This document shows positions 42,508 through 52,484 of a DNA stretch of 64,000 bases, one piece after another. Position numbers and translations under genes: made by a program. How positions within the stretch are numbered: position 1 is the first letter of the stretch; each line of letters starts with the position of its first letter. Source of the stretch: an uncultured Blastocatellia bacterium (lineage in GTDB: Bacteria > Acidobacteriota > Blastocatellia > HR10). The DNA is taken from the NCBI GenBank assembly GCA_937934295.1, contig CALHAI010000018.1, forward strand, positions 966 through 64,965. Reading direction: 5' to 3'. The notes under the pieces are model-generated. The model was not told the origin of the DNA and made no database searches. It saw only the letters and a list, made by a program, of their open reading frames with translations.

Positions 42508-43455
42508 TCAGCGTCTTGGGGGCGTGGGATCGCCGCCCTGGATATAGACGAACTCATCGCGCCGATTCAGCGCCCAAGCGCGCTCGTTGCTCTCCGGAAC
42601 GGCCGGGCGCGTCTCTCCAAAACTGACCGTCTGAATGCGCTCCGGAGCGACGCCGAGACTGATCAGAAAATCGCGAGCCGCATTGGCGCGACGATCGCCG
42701 AGGGCCATGTTATACTCCTCCGTGCCCCGTTCGTCGCAGTGGCCCTCGATGCGGAAGAGGATCGTGCGGTTCTCCGGACGATTCAGCCATTCGGCCGCGC
42801 GACGCAGCCGGGCCTGCGCTTCCTCGTCCAGCTCCGCGCTATCGAAGGGGAAGTAGATGGTCTTGACCATGTCGGCGAATTCGGCCGAGATATTGCGTAG
42901 CGGTGGAGGTGGCGGGGGTGGAGGTGGCGGGGATGGAGGTTCGACGACCGTGAGCGTCGTGCTGGCCGTGGCTTCACCGCCGGGGCCGCGAGCGATGGCC
43001 GTATAGGTCGTCGTCTGAGGAGGAGAGACGACGCGGTTCCCGCTCGGTTGGACAGGACCCAGACCGGTGATCTCCACCGTTTGGGCATCGGTGCTTGACC
43101 ACCGCAGCGTCGCCTGTTGACCGCGCTCGATGCGTTCGGGTTCGACGGAGATGGAGATGGTCGGACGCGGTTGGATGACTTCGACGCGCGCCAGCGCTCG
43201 GGCTTCGCGCTTACCACGTCGAGCGACGGCCTCGTAGGTGGTCGTCTCCGTTGGGGCGACCTTCATCGTCCCGGATTTAGCGACCGGCCGAGCGTTGATC
43301 GTCACCGTCTGCGCGTGCTTTGACGTCCAGCTCAATTCCGTCTCCTCACCGCGATTGATGCGGTCGCGAGAGGCCGTGAGCGAGATCTGCGGCCGGCACG
43401 CCGACCCGAAGACGATGAGCGAAAGCGGGATGAGGATCCAGAGGTATCGTCTCAT
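42508..43455 (-). CDS. pal: peptidoglycan-associated lipoprotein with two N-terminal Ig-like repeats
   Basis: Lipobox FGSAC; IYFPFD, EGHCDERGT.EYN.ALG.RRA, NRR OmpA-C motifs. Confidence 0.9.
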   Translation of the reverse strand: MRRYLWILIPLSLIVFGSACRPQISLTASRDRINRGEETELSWTSKHAQTVTINARPVAKSGTMKVAPTETTTYEAVARRGKREARALARVEVIQPRPTISISVEPERIERGQQATLRWSSTDAQTVEITGLGPVQPSGNRVVSPPQTTTYTAIARGPGGEATASTTLTVVEPPSPPPPPPPPPPLRNISAEFADMVKTIYFPFDSAELDEEAQARLRRAAEWLNRPENRTILFRIEGHCDERGTEEYNMALGDRRANAARDFLISLGVAPERIQTVSFGETRPAVPESNERAWALNRRDEFVYIQGGDPTPPRR

Positions 43456-43487
43456 AGCCTTTCTCTCCTTTTGCTGAGATGCACCAC

Positions 43488-44804
43488 TTATCGCGCCCAT
43501 GCTGGTGAACGTCCCCCGATATGCGTGATCTGTCGAACGCCCGTGCCGTCAATATGCATGAGGTAGATCTCGAAACGGCCCGTCCGATTCGACTGAAAGG
43601 CGAGATGCCGTCCATTGGGCGCCCAGCTGGGGCTCTCGTTGCTGCCGGGGCCGTCAGTCAGTTGGACGATCTCTCGCGTGGCGATGTCCATGAGGAAGAT
43701 ATCGAACTGGGAGGCGTAGGGAGGTCGCCAGGCGAAAGCGAGGAATCGCCCGTCGGGGGACCAGGCTGGCGAATCCGCGAAGCCTCCCCGATCCAGTACG
43801 CGGCGCAGATTGGCACCGTCCACATCGATGATATAAATCTGCGGGGTACCGCTCCGATTCGAGATGAAGGCGATCTCCCGCCCCGTGCGCGGATTCCACC
43901 GCGGTGAGGAATGGATCAGGCCGCGCTCGCTGGTGAGCTGTCGGATGACGGAACCATCGGCCGAAGCGATGTAAAGCTGCGTACTGTTGCTATCCTTGCT
44001 GGAGCAGAAAGCGATCCATCGTCCGTCCGGAGAGAAGACGGGGGAGATCGTCGTCCCTTGCGGAAAATGTGGGAAGGGAAGGAGCATGCCGTCTGGGTAG
44101 GATCGAATGTGGATGTTGGGGACGCCGCTGGAGAGGGAGACGTAGGCGATCTTGCGACCATCGGGAGACCAGGATGGGAAAAGAGCCGTCGAGCCCTCGC
44201 GGGTGAAAGGGCGGACGTTGGCGCCATCGTAATCCATGACGTAGATCTCGCTCTGGCGTCCTTGGCCGGAGACGAAGGCGATGCGGCTTGTGGCGATGCC
44301 GTCAAGACCCGTCAGGGTCTTGACGATCTCATCGGCGATGATGTGTGCGGCTTGGCGCGCTTGTCCGATCGGGAAGCGATGTTGTCGGGCATAGAGCCGC
44401 TGTCGGGCTTGGACATCGTAGAGGTAGCTCTCCAGGATCAACTCCTGGCCGATGAGGCTCACGTTGCCGAAGACGAGGTAATCGGCGCGGGTGGGATCGC
44501 CACCCCAGGCCGCGAAATCAACCTGCTCGGGTTCGGCCGGTCGATTCGAGGGATGGAGGCTCTGACCGACGAGATTCGCCACGCGAGCGAAGTCGAGATC
44601 TTGGGCGAGGACCTGGCGGATGAGTGCGGCGGCCGGAACGGCCGGCTCGTTCCTCGGCACGAAGTCCGCGATGGCGAGTGTCGGGCCGCGCCCCGGAGCA
44701 ACGATGATCTTCCCGATCTCTTGGCGAAGAGGGGAGGGTTGTTGAGCGAACACGAAGGCGCCAAGCAACAACAGCGTGCACCACGATGTCCTGATCATGA
44801 GCAT
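43488..44804 (-). CDS. tolB: TolB
   Basis: SRIAFVS, MDYDGAN, PD40 repeats (WSPDG); start uncertain. Confidence 0.92.
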   Translation of the reverse strand: MLMIRTSWCTLLLLGAFVFAQQPSPLRQEIGKIIVAPGRGPTLAIADFVPRNEPAVPAAALIRQVLAQDLDFARVANLVGQSLHPSNRPAEPEQVDFAAWGGDPTRADYLVFGNVSLIGQELILESYLYDVQARQRLYARQHRFPIGQARQAAHIIADEIVKTLTGLDGIATSRIAFVSGQGRQSEIYVMDYDGANVRPFTREGSTALFPSWSPDGRKIAYVSLSSGVPNIHIRSYPDGMLLPFPHFPQGTTISPVFSPDGRWIAFCSSKDSNSTQLYIASADGSVIRQLTSERGLIHSSPRWNPRTGREIAFISNRSGTPQIYIIDVDGANLRRVLDRGGFADSPAWSPDGRFLAFAWRPPYASQFDIFLMDIATREIVQLTDGPGSNESPSWAPNGRHLAFQSNRTGRFEIYLMHIDGTGVRQITHIGGRSPAWAR

Positions 44805-44808
44805 CGGC

Positions 44809-45603
44809 CTAGTACTGGAAGTAGATCTCCGCGACGGCTTCACGAATGCCGGGCAGAAAGTCCGGCGGAAACGGGATGGGATGCCGATTCAGCTCCAAAA
44901 GCGCAGCTTCCACACGCGTGTCCACAATGGGGTTACCGCTTGGGCGAATGAAGGCGGTCGGATCCAGGCGTCCGTTCACGATCGAGAGGATCCGTCCATC
45001 ACGGGCGATTCGAACACGGACGATGACGAAGCGCTGACCAAGGGCAGCCGTCGGCGTGAGACGATAATAGGCGCTGAGAGCTTGTTGAAGCCGGCGGCCA
45101 TAGTCGGACCCGCCAGGGATCCCGATGCCGCCTCCCGGGCCCACGCCAAGACCGACGCCACCAGCCAGAGGAAGCGTCGGGCCGACGAGCGCGCTGGGGC
45201 TTGGAGAGCCTCCGATCTCCTGGCGTCCCGTATACGGGCGAGGGCCGTGCTGGACCGGGCGATCTGTCGTGAGCGTCCTCGGTTCAGGAGGTTGAGGCTT
45301 GCGGCCGGGAAGGGTGAGGTCTGGTCGGGCATCGGCCTGGACCCTCTGCTCGATCCGAACTGTCGAGAGGCCGGGTGTTTCTCCGAGCGCTCCCGTGGGC
45401 GGTCGGGGAAAGAGTCGGGCCACCTCCCATCCTTCGGCGAGGCCGACTTCGATGGCGGAGCCGCTGCCCCCTTCGCCTCCTGGGCCGGCGATCACGAAGA
45501 ATTCGGCCATCGGGCTGCCAAAGCGCAGCAGGGCGAGCGCGAGGCCAAGAGCCATATGCCCGGCCACCGAGATCGCGAGCCACCGATCGAATCGCCACTT
45601 CAT
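44809..45603 (-). CDS. TolA/TonB-like energy transducer
   Basis: TM with SVAGH (SxxxH), Gly/Pro-rich linker, TonB-C-like V.VRI.RDG...SGN..VD. Confidence 0.75.
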   Translation of the reverse strand: MKWRFDRWLAISVAGHMALGLALALLRFGSPMAEFFVIAGPGGEGGSGSAIEVGLAEGWEVARLFPRPPTGALGETPGLSTVRIEQRVQADARPDLTLPGRKPQPPEPRTLTTDRPVQHGPRPYTGRQEIGGSPSPSALVGPTLPLAGGVGLGVGPGGGIGIPGGSDYGRRLQQALSAYYRLTPTAALGQRFVIVRVRIARDGRILSIVNGRLDPTAFIRPSGNPIVDTRVEAALLELNRHPIPFPPDFLPGIREAVAEIYFQY

Positions 45604-46031
45604 CGTTCGACATCCGTCACCAGACTCACAGAGGCACCGGCCTCCTTGCAGAGGCTGAGGACGTAGGCGATGACCCGATAGGGGGTATCGCCATCGCCAC
45701 GGACGTAGACGCGTTTCTCCGCAAGCTGGGCTAACTCTTGGCGCAATCGTCGCGGCAACTCGTTCACGTTGATCGGCCTTTGGGCAGTGCGTCCGCCGGA
45801 GCTGAGATAGATGTTCCCATCGCGATCTACCGTCACGAGGATGGCGTTGGCCGAGAGCGTGTGAGGTTCAGCGGTCCGCGTGCGGGGGAGATTCACGTGG
45901 ATACCCGCTTGCAGAAGCGGGGCCGTCACCATGAAGATCACCAGCAGTACGAGCATGACGTCCACAAGGGGCGTCACGTTGATCTCCGAAAGCGACGAGT
46001 GCACCTGCCGATCATGACCGATAAACGCCAT
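45600..46031 (-). CDS. tolR: TolR/ExbD
   Basis: EINVTPLVDVMLVLLVIFMVTAP. Confidence 0.93.
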   Translation of the reverse strand: MAFIGHDRQVHSSLSEINVTPLVDVMLVLLVIFMVTAPLLQAGIHVNLPRTRTAEPHTLSANAILVTVDRDGNIYLSSGGRTAQRPINVNELPRRLRQELAQLAEKRVYVRGDGDTPYRVIAYVLSLCKEAGASVSLVTDVER

Positions 46032-46695
46032 ACTGGGCGGCGCTCCTTTCGGCGATCTCGAGAAATTCGAGCGTGAAATCCTCCATGAGCGTCGAGACCG
46101 CGCGCAATCGACTGACGAAATAATTATATGCCATGTAGGCCGGGACAGCGACGAAGAGTCCGAAGGCCGTGGCCACCAAGGCTTCGGCGATGCCCGGGGC
46201 AACGGCTTGGATCGACGTCTGCGCTTGGGTGGAGAGGCCTTGGAACGCGAGGATGATGCCGACGACGGTGCCGAAGAGGCCGATGAAGGGAGCCGATGTC
46301 GCGATGGAAGCGAGTCCGCTGATGCCCTCTTCAAGACCGGCCATTTCGGCCAAGGCCGCGCGCTTGAGCGCGCGTTCGATCAAGAGGCGTTCGGGCAGGC
46401 GGCTGTCTCCGGCCATCTGCTCGCGCAGGCTCTCGTAGCCGGCTCGAAAGATCTCCACAAGCGGACTCGGGCGATAGCGTGGGCTCATCTTGTAGACGTG
46501 ATGGGGATCGCTCGTCGTCCGGAAAAGCTCCAGGAAGGCTGCCGATTGTCGCGCGAGGCGACGAAAGAGGGTGTACTTCCTCAGGATGAACGCCCAGGAA
46601 TAGATCGACAGCAGCGCCAGTAACAGAAGGACGAGCTTCGCCGGAAGCGAGGCCTGCGCAATGAGCTGATAGATATCGAACGTCGCCGTCGGCAT
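46012..46695 (-). CDS. tolQ: TolQ/ExbB
   Basis: APFIGLFGTV.GI, VAPGIAEALVATA.GL. Confidence 0.93.
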   Translation of the reverse strand: MPTATFDIYQLIAQASLPAKLVLLLLALLSIYSWAFILRKYTLFRRLARQSAAFLELFRTTSDPHHVYKMSPRYRPSPLVEIFRAGYESLREQMAGDSRLPERLLIERALKRAALAEMAGLEEGISGLASIATSAPFIGLFGTVVGIILAFQGLSTQAQTSIQAVAPGIAEALVATAFGLFVAVPAYMAYNYFVSRLRAVSTLMEDFTLEFLEIAERSAAQYGVYRS

Positions 46696-46827
46696 GAGCC
46701 TTCGATCTCCCTCAGCGAGACGTTCACCTGCAAGAATCATGATTATACCGATCGAATCGTTCGACTGTCAATCCGAATGCGGAAAGGGTGGTGACAGCGG
46801 CGACGATCTATGATACACTTGCATCCG

Positions 46828-48489
46828 ATGTTGAGGTTTCTGAAAGTCGCCAACATTGCTGTGATCGAGAACGTGGAGGTGGAGTTTGAGCCGGGGCTGA
46901 ATCTGCTGACGGGGGAGACGGGCTCGGGGAAATCCCTGCTTGTAGACGCCGTCACGATGCTGTTGGGGGAACGGGCTGGGGCGGATGTGCTGCGTTCGGG
47001 GGAAGCGAGGGGATACATTGAGGGCATCTTTCGTCTGGAGACGTGGCCGGAGGACTTGGTAGCGCTCTTTCATGACGCGGGCGTTGAGGTGGAGGAGGAG
47101 CTCATCCTTCGGCGGGAGATCTCGGCCTCGGGGCGGAGTCGGATCTTCGCCAACGATCGTCTGGTGACGCAAGCCTTCGTCCGCGCCGTGCGCCCACATT
47201 TGGTGGACATTTATGGCCAAGGCGAAGCGCCGATGGCACTTGTAGGGGGGAGACCGCTTCGGCTGCTCGACAGCTATGCGCAGACGGATGAGCTGCGGCG
47301 GCGCGTTGAGGAGTTGGCCTTGGCCTACCGGGAGATCGAACGCGCCCTGGACGAGCTCTCTCGAGCTGAAGCCGAACGCCTGCGACTTTTGGATGTCTAC
47401 CAATTTCAGATTCGGGAGATCGAGCGAGTTCATCCGACGCTTGGTGAGGATGAGGAGTTGGGGCGCGAACGGGCGTTGTTAGCGAATGCCGAGACGCTCT
47501 TCCAATTGGCGCAGGAGGCTTATGCGGAGCTTTACGAGGCCGACGATTCGATGGTGCGCAAGGGGGCGCGCGTGTATCGGAGACTGGAACAGCTGCGGGG
47601 AATGGACGAACGCGCGGCGGGCGCGTTGGAGCTTCTTGAGCGGGCGCGCATCTTTCTGGAAGAGGTTGCCTACTTCTTGCGAGACTATCGAGAGGGGATT
47701 CGGTTCTCTCCGGAACGGTTGGCCGAGGTCGAGGGGCGGTTGGCGGAGTTGGAGCGGCTGAAGCGGAAATACGGGCCGACGCTTCGCGAAGTGTTGGAGA
47801 CGTTGGCCGAACTGAAGGCGAAGTACGAGGAACTGGCCAGCGCCGATATGCGGCGGGGGGAGTTGGAGGAGCGACGGAAGCGGTTGCAGGCGGAATATCG
47901 GCAATTGGCGGGCGAGTTGAGCCGGAAGCGGGAGCAAGCGGCTCGGGCGCTGGAGCGGGCCGTGACGGCAGAGTTGCGAGCGCTGGCGCTTGAACGAGGG
48001 CGATTTCAAGTGGCGCTTGTACCGGTCGAGGAGTTTCCGAGCCCGGAGGGGATGGAACGGGTGCAGTTTCTCGTGGCGCTGAACGTCGGAGAGGAGCCGC
48101 GGCCGGTGGCGAAGGTCGCCTCCGGGGGGGAGCTCTCTCGGATCATGTTGGCGCTCAAGACAGTGGCCTCGCGGTGGCGAGGGCCGCGCACGTTGATCTT
48201 CGACGAGATCGATGTGGGGATTGGGGGGCGGGTCGCTGAGATCGTCGGGGAGCGGCTGAAGCAGTTGGGGGAGCGGTATCAAGTCTTATGCGTGACGCAC
48301 CAGCCGCAGATTGCGCGCTTCGCCGATGCGCATTATCGTGTGGTGAAGGAGGTCGTCGGGGGGCGGACGCAGGTTCGGGTAGAGCGTCTTGGCCAAATGG
48401 AGCGCGTGGAGGAATTGGCGCGAATGCTTGGTGGGCGGGAGATCACGGAGGTGGTGCGCCGACACGCGCGAGAGCTGATCCGTAGCTAA
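46828..48489 (+). CDS. recN: DNA repair protein RecN
   Basis: TGETGSGKS, ASGGELSR, FDEID.GIGG, VTHQPQ. Confidence 0.96.
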   Translation: MLRFLKVANIAVIENVEVEFEPGLNLLTGETGSGKSLLVDAVTMLLGERAGADVLRSGEARGYIEGIFRLETWPEDLVALFHDAGVEVEEELILRREISASGRSRIFANDRLVTQAFVRAVRPHLVDIYGQGEAPMALVGGRPLRLLDSYAQTDELRRRVEELALAYREIERALDELSRAEAERLRLLDVYQFQIREIERVHPTLGEDEELGRERALLANAETLFQLAQEAYAELYEADDSMVRKGARVYRRLEQLRGMDERAAGALELLERARIFLEEVAYFLRDYREGIRFSPERLAEVEGRLAELERLKRKYGPTLREVLETLAELKAKYEELASADMRRGELEERRKRLQAEYRQLAGELSRKREQAARALERAVTAELRALALERGRFQVALVPVEEFPSPEGMERVQFLVALNVGEEPRPVAKVASGGELSRIMLALKTVASRWRGPRTLIFDEIDVGIGGRVAEIVGERLKQLGERYQVLCVTHQPQIARFADAHYRVVKEVVGGRTQVRVERLGQMERVEELARMLGGREITEVVRRHARELIRS

Positions 48490-48534
48490 GCTTTTGATTC
48501 TTTTGATCTTAACTTCAATGTCGGCGGGCCGACA

Positions 48535-49872
48535 ATGACGCGCTTCTTCATCGAGACGTTTGGCTGCCAGATGAACGTCGTGGATTCGGAGAAGGCGGCG
48601 GCGCTGCTTCGTCGTCTGGGCTATGAGTGGACCGATGATCCGGAACAGGCCGAGGTCATCTTGCTCAACACGTGTTCGGTGCGGGAGAAACCTGAAGAGA
48701 AGGTCTACACGCGGATCCGGCAATTTCGCCGTCGGCGGCGGGATCAGGTGTTCATCGGCGTCATGGGGTGCGTGGCGCAGTTGTATGGGCGGAGATTGCT
48801 TGAGCGGGTGCCGGGCGTGGATTTCGTCTTGGGGACGCAGGCGCTCGGCGAGTTGCCGCGGATTGTCGAGCACTTGCGCGCTCAAGGGGGGCCGTCGATC
48901 GTTCAGACGCGCATGTCGAATCGTCCAGAGTTCTTGGAGATCTCTCCAGCCGAACGACGTCAGCGGCATGTCGCCTATGTGCCGATCATGGAAGGGTGCG
49001 ACAAGTTCTGTTCCTTCTGCATCGTCCCCTTCACGCGCGGGCGCGAGCGCAGCCGCTCGCCTGTCCGGATCCTGGCCGAGCTGCGAGCGCTGGCTGAGGC
49101 CGGCTATCAAGAGGTGCATTTGTTGGGACAGAACGTCAACAGCTATGGCCTGAGCCATCGAATCGAGGGAGGCCGACCTCTGGCGTTCTTCGAGCTCTTG
49201 CGCCTTGTGGCTGAGCAATCGGGCTTCCCCCGCATCAAGTTCACGACGTCTCATCCGAAGGACTTCATGCCGGAGATCGTGCGCGCGATCGAAGAATATC
49301 CGAATCTCTGCAATTGGGTGCATCTGCCGCCGCAGGCGGGATCGGATCGAATTCTGACTCGAATGAACCGTGGGTATACACGGGCTGACTATCTGCGTCG
49401 CGTCCAATGGATTCGATCGGCGAAGCGGGAGATCGTCCTCACGGGCGATATCATCGTGGGATTTCCTGGGGAGACCGAACGCGATTTTCAGGAGACGCTT
49501 CGTCTGATCGAGGAAGTGCAGTTCGATGGGGTGTATCTGTTCAAGTACTCGCCGCGGCCGGGGACGCCGGCGGCGCGGCTCTCGGATCAAGTACCGGAGG
49601 AGGTGAAGACGGAACGGTTGATGCGCCTGGAAGAGCGGCAGCGGGAGATTCAGCTTCGGAGGCTACAGCGATATGTCGGTCGAGTCGTTGAAGTTTTAGT
49701 TGAGGGAAAGAGTTCTAAGTCTCAATTACATTGGGCCGGTCATACGACCGACAACATCGTCGTAAACTTCGAAGCTTCAAGAGAGAACATCGAAGGATCT
49801 CTCGTGAAGGTTGAGATCACGAGAGCGAATCCGCACAGCCTCTTCGGGCGGAGCCTCGAGGTTCTCCGTTAA
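48535..49872 (+). CDS. miaB: tRNA ms2i6A37 methylthiotransferase
   Basis: TFGCQMN..DSE, NTCSVRE, GCDKFCSFC, TRAM domain. Confidence 0.95.
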   Translation: MTRFFIETFGCQMNVVDSEKAAALLRRLGYEWTDDPEQAEVILLNTCSVREKPEEKVYTRIRQFRRRRRDQVFIGVMGCVAQLYGRRLLERVPGVDFVLGTQALGELPRIVEHLRAQGGPSIVQTRMSNRPEFLEISPAERRQRHVAYVPIMEGCDKFCSFCIVPFTRGRERSRSPVRILAELRALAEAGYQEVHLLGQNVNSYGLSHRIEGGRPLAFFELLRLVAEQSGFPRIKFTTSHPKDFMPEIVRAIEEYPNLCNWVHLPPQAGSDRILTRMNRGYTRADYLRRVQWIRSAKREIVLTGDIIVGFPGETERDFQETLRLIEEVQFDGVYLFKYSPRPGTPAARLSDQVPEEVKTERLMRLEERQREIQLRRLQRYVGRVVEVLVEGKSSKSQLHWAGHTTDNIVVNFEASRENIEGSLVKVEITRANPHSLFGRSLEVLR

Positions 49873-49887
49873 GGTGAGGGACCTGCT

Positions 49888-50364
49888 ATGGAACGCGAAG
49901 TGAAAGTGCGCGGGCTCATCCTCGATCCGGCGAACAACTCACCGGTAGTCATCCTCAAGGATGTCGCCTCCGAGGCGATGCTGCCGATCTGGATCGGGGT
50001 TTTCGAAGCCAATGCCATTGCGATGGAGATCGAGAAGGCCGTGCCGCAGCGGCCAATGACGCACGATTTGTTGAAGAACGTCATCGCTCAGCTTGGGGCG
50101 AGCGTCGAACGAGTCGTCATCACCGATCTCATCGACAGCACCTTCTACGCCATCATCGTCTTGGACGTAGGTGGAGAGAAGGTCATCGTGGACTCGCGTC
50201 CGAGTGATGCCATCGCCTTGGCGCTTCGGACCGATAGTCCGATCTTCGTCGCCGAGCAGGTGCTGCGCAGCTCGCGCAGCGTGATCTCCAGCCACGATGT
50301 TGAGGAGGTCGAGCAGGAGTGGTCCGAGGACCTCGGGGATGAATCGAGCGGCAGATCGTACTGA
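49888..50364 (+). CDS. bifunctional nuclease family protein (DUF151)
   Basis: LPIWIG.FEA.AI, RP.THDL, DSRPSDAIALA. Confidence 0.92.
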   Translation: MEREVKVRGLILDPANNSPVVILKDVASEAMLPIWIGVFEANAIAMEIEKAVPQRPMTHDLLKNVIAQLGASVERVVITDLIDSTFYAIIVLDVGGEKVIVDSRPSDAIALALRTDSPIFVAEQVLRSSRSVISSHDVEEVEQEWSEDLGDESSGRSY

Positions 50365-50374
50365 GGAGGCTGGG

Positions 50375-51160
50375 GTGAGCGGCGCGGAGAAGGCGATTCG
50401 ATCGGCCGTCATCGCGATCGCGAACCAAAAGGGCGGCGTGGGGAAGACGACCACGGCGATCAATCTCTCGGCGGGATTGGCTCGCCGAGGTTATCGCGTG
50501 CTCCTTGTGGATCTGGATCCGCAGGCCAACAGTTCGCTCTCCTATCTGGACTTGCGCGAGGTCGGGATTTCGATCTTCGATTGGCTCATGGATCGTTCGG
50601 TGACGGCCGAGCAGGTGATCTACGCGACCTCGATCCCGAACTTGGAGGTCTTACCGTCACGCATCAGTCTGGCTAAGTTCGAGAGCCTGCTCCTTGGAGA
50701 GCTGGACGCGCCCTATCGGGTGAAGGATCGGTTGGATCCGATCAAGGGGCGGTATCACATTGTGATTGTGGACACACCACCGACGCTCGGGTTGCTCACG
50801 GTGAATGCCTTGGTGGCGGCCTCGCATTTGATCATCCCGATCCAAGCCTCCTATTTCGCTCTGGAGGGGACCGACGATCTGTTGGAGACGGTGGAGAAGG
50901 TCAAGGCGCGGCCCAATCCGAACCTGCTTCTGCTGGGTGTCGTCGTGACGCTGTACGATCGGCGGACGGCCATCGCCCGCGATTCCTTGGAGCAGATCCG
51001 GAGGGTCTTTGGTTCGCAGGTCTTTCAGACTGTGATCTCGCGCTCGGTGCGCTTGGAGGAGAGTCCGGCGTATCGGGAATCGATCTTCACCTTCGCGCCC
51101 CAGTCGACGGCGGCGCTGGAGTACGACCAACTTTGCGAGGAGGTGATCGAGCGTGTCTAA
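50375..51160 (+). CDS. parA: ParA-family ATPase
   Basis: [22 protein letters not shown]; GTG start after GAGGAGG. Confidence 0.93.
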   Translation: MSGAEKAIRSAVIAIANQKGGVGKTTTAINLSAGLARRGYRVLLVDLDPQANSSLSYLDLREVGISIFDWLMDRSVTAEQVIYATSIPNLEVLPSRISLAKFESLLLGELDAPYRVKDRLDPIKGRYHIVIVDTPPTLGLLTVNALVAASHLIIPIQASYFALEGTDDLLETVEKVKARPNPNLLLLGVVVTLYDRRTAIARDSLEQIRRVFGSQVFQTVISRSVRLEESPAYRESIFTFAPQSTAALEYDQLCEEVIERV

Positions 51161-51968
51161 GCGAGGACTTCCGGCGAATCTCCAGTTGCGGCATGACGCG
51201 CACTTTGTCGAGCTGCTCGCCTCACGCACGGGGGCGCCAATTGGGCGGATGATCCCCATTGATCGGCTCGATCTGAATCCGGAGCAGCCCCGTGTGGAGA
51301 TTGGCGATCTCTCGGATCTGGTGGCCTCGATTCGGGAGAAGGGCATCTTGGAGCCGCTTCTTGTGCGGCCGCAGGAGAACGGACGCTTCCTGATCATCAG
51401 TGGCGAACGTCGGTATCGAGCGGCGCTGATCGTCGGTCTTCGTGAAGTCCCCTGCATCGAGATGGACGTGGACGATCAGGCGGTCGCCGAGATCAGTTTG
51501 ATCGAGAATCTGCAGCGCAAGGATCTGACGCCGTTTGAGGAGGCGCAGGGGTTCAAGATGCTGGTCGAGCGATTCGGCTACACGCACGAGGAGATCGCCC
51601 GTAAGATCGGGAAATCACGGTCCTCGGTGACGGAGACGCTCGCTTTGGCCGAGATGCCGGGGGAGATCCAAGAGCTCTGTCGGCGCGCCGACATTCAGTC
51701 GAAGTCCGTGCTCTTGCAGATCGCCCGGCTCAAGGATGTGGATCAGATGCGGGCGCTCATCGAGCGCATCCGCCGTGAGGGCTTGCGTCGCGACGACGTG
51801 CGGCGCCAGAAGAAAGCGCGCCGACCTCGGCCCTTCGTCTATCGATATCGTACGGCCGAATTCCGTTTGGAGGTGCGGTTCAAGAAGGCTGACGTGAGCC
51901 GTGAGGAGTTGATCGACTGTCTACGCCAAGTGGCCGAGGAGATCGAGCGGTCGGAGGTTTCAGCGTGA
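51153..51968 (+). CDS. parB: ParB-family protein
   Basis: [24 protein letters not shown]. Confidence 0.92.
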   Translation: MSKRGLPANLQLRHDAHFVELLASRTGAPIGRMIPIDRLDLNPEQPRVEIGDLSDLVASIREKGILEPLLVRPQENGRFLIISGERRYRAALIVGLREVPCIEMDVDDQAVAEISLIENLQRKDLTPFEEAQGFKMLVERFGYTHEEIARKIGKSRSSVTETLALAEMPGEIQELCRRADIQSKSVLLQIARLKDVDQMRALIERIRREGLRRDDVRRQKKARRPRPFVYRYRTAEFRLEVRFKKADVSREELIDCLRQVAEEIERSEVSA

Positions 51969-52481
51969 TTTCTGTTTCTTTTGCAACCAACGGGCGAGCC
52001 GTTCCAGCCAGGGGAGGAAGGGGCGGATCAACCAGGCCCGAAGGCCCTTGCGCGTTCGCGCATAGAGCGAGAGGTGTCGGTCCACGTAGCTTCGGACGGC
52101 TTGTTCGTACTGTTCCTTTCGGACACCGTGTGAGAGCGTCAGATAATAATGCTGCGCGATGAGCGACAGCAACGTGGCCGTCACGTTGGCTTGCAGGGCC
52201 AAACGCGCCGAGAGACGTTTCCAGAGCGATCCTCCGGGAGCCAGAGGCTTCAAGGCGATCTCCATCCAAGCCTGCGGCGAGCCGGGCATCTTCGGGTGAT
52301 AGAGCCCGGGCAGTTCTCGGCGCATCTGCGGATCCACGCGCGAATCCGCGACGTAGTCCACCAGGACGAGCTTGCTCACTCCGCGCATATGCTCCTTGGG
52401 GATGATTTCCAGAACAGAGTGAATGTGAGCCATCAGTTTTTGGTAGTTGAGGTTCACTGTCGCTCGATTCTCGATCTTCAT
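51960..52481 (-). CDS. hypothetical protein (possible degenerate zincin-like fold)
   Basis: 173-aa ORF with plausible composition; start adjacent to the lpxD stop. Confidence 0.75.
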   Translation of the reverse strand: MKIENRATVNLNYQKLMAHIHSVLEIIPKEHMRGVSKLVLVDYVADSRVDPQMRRELPGLYHPKMPGSPQAWMEIALKPLAPGGSLWKRLSARLALQANVTATLLSLIAQHYYLTLSHGVRKEQYEQAVRSYVDRHLSLYARTRKGLRAWLIRPFLPWLERLARWLQKKQKSR

Positions 52482-52484
52482 CGT

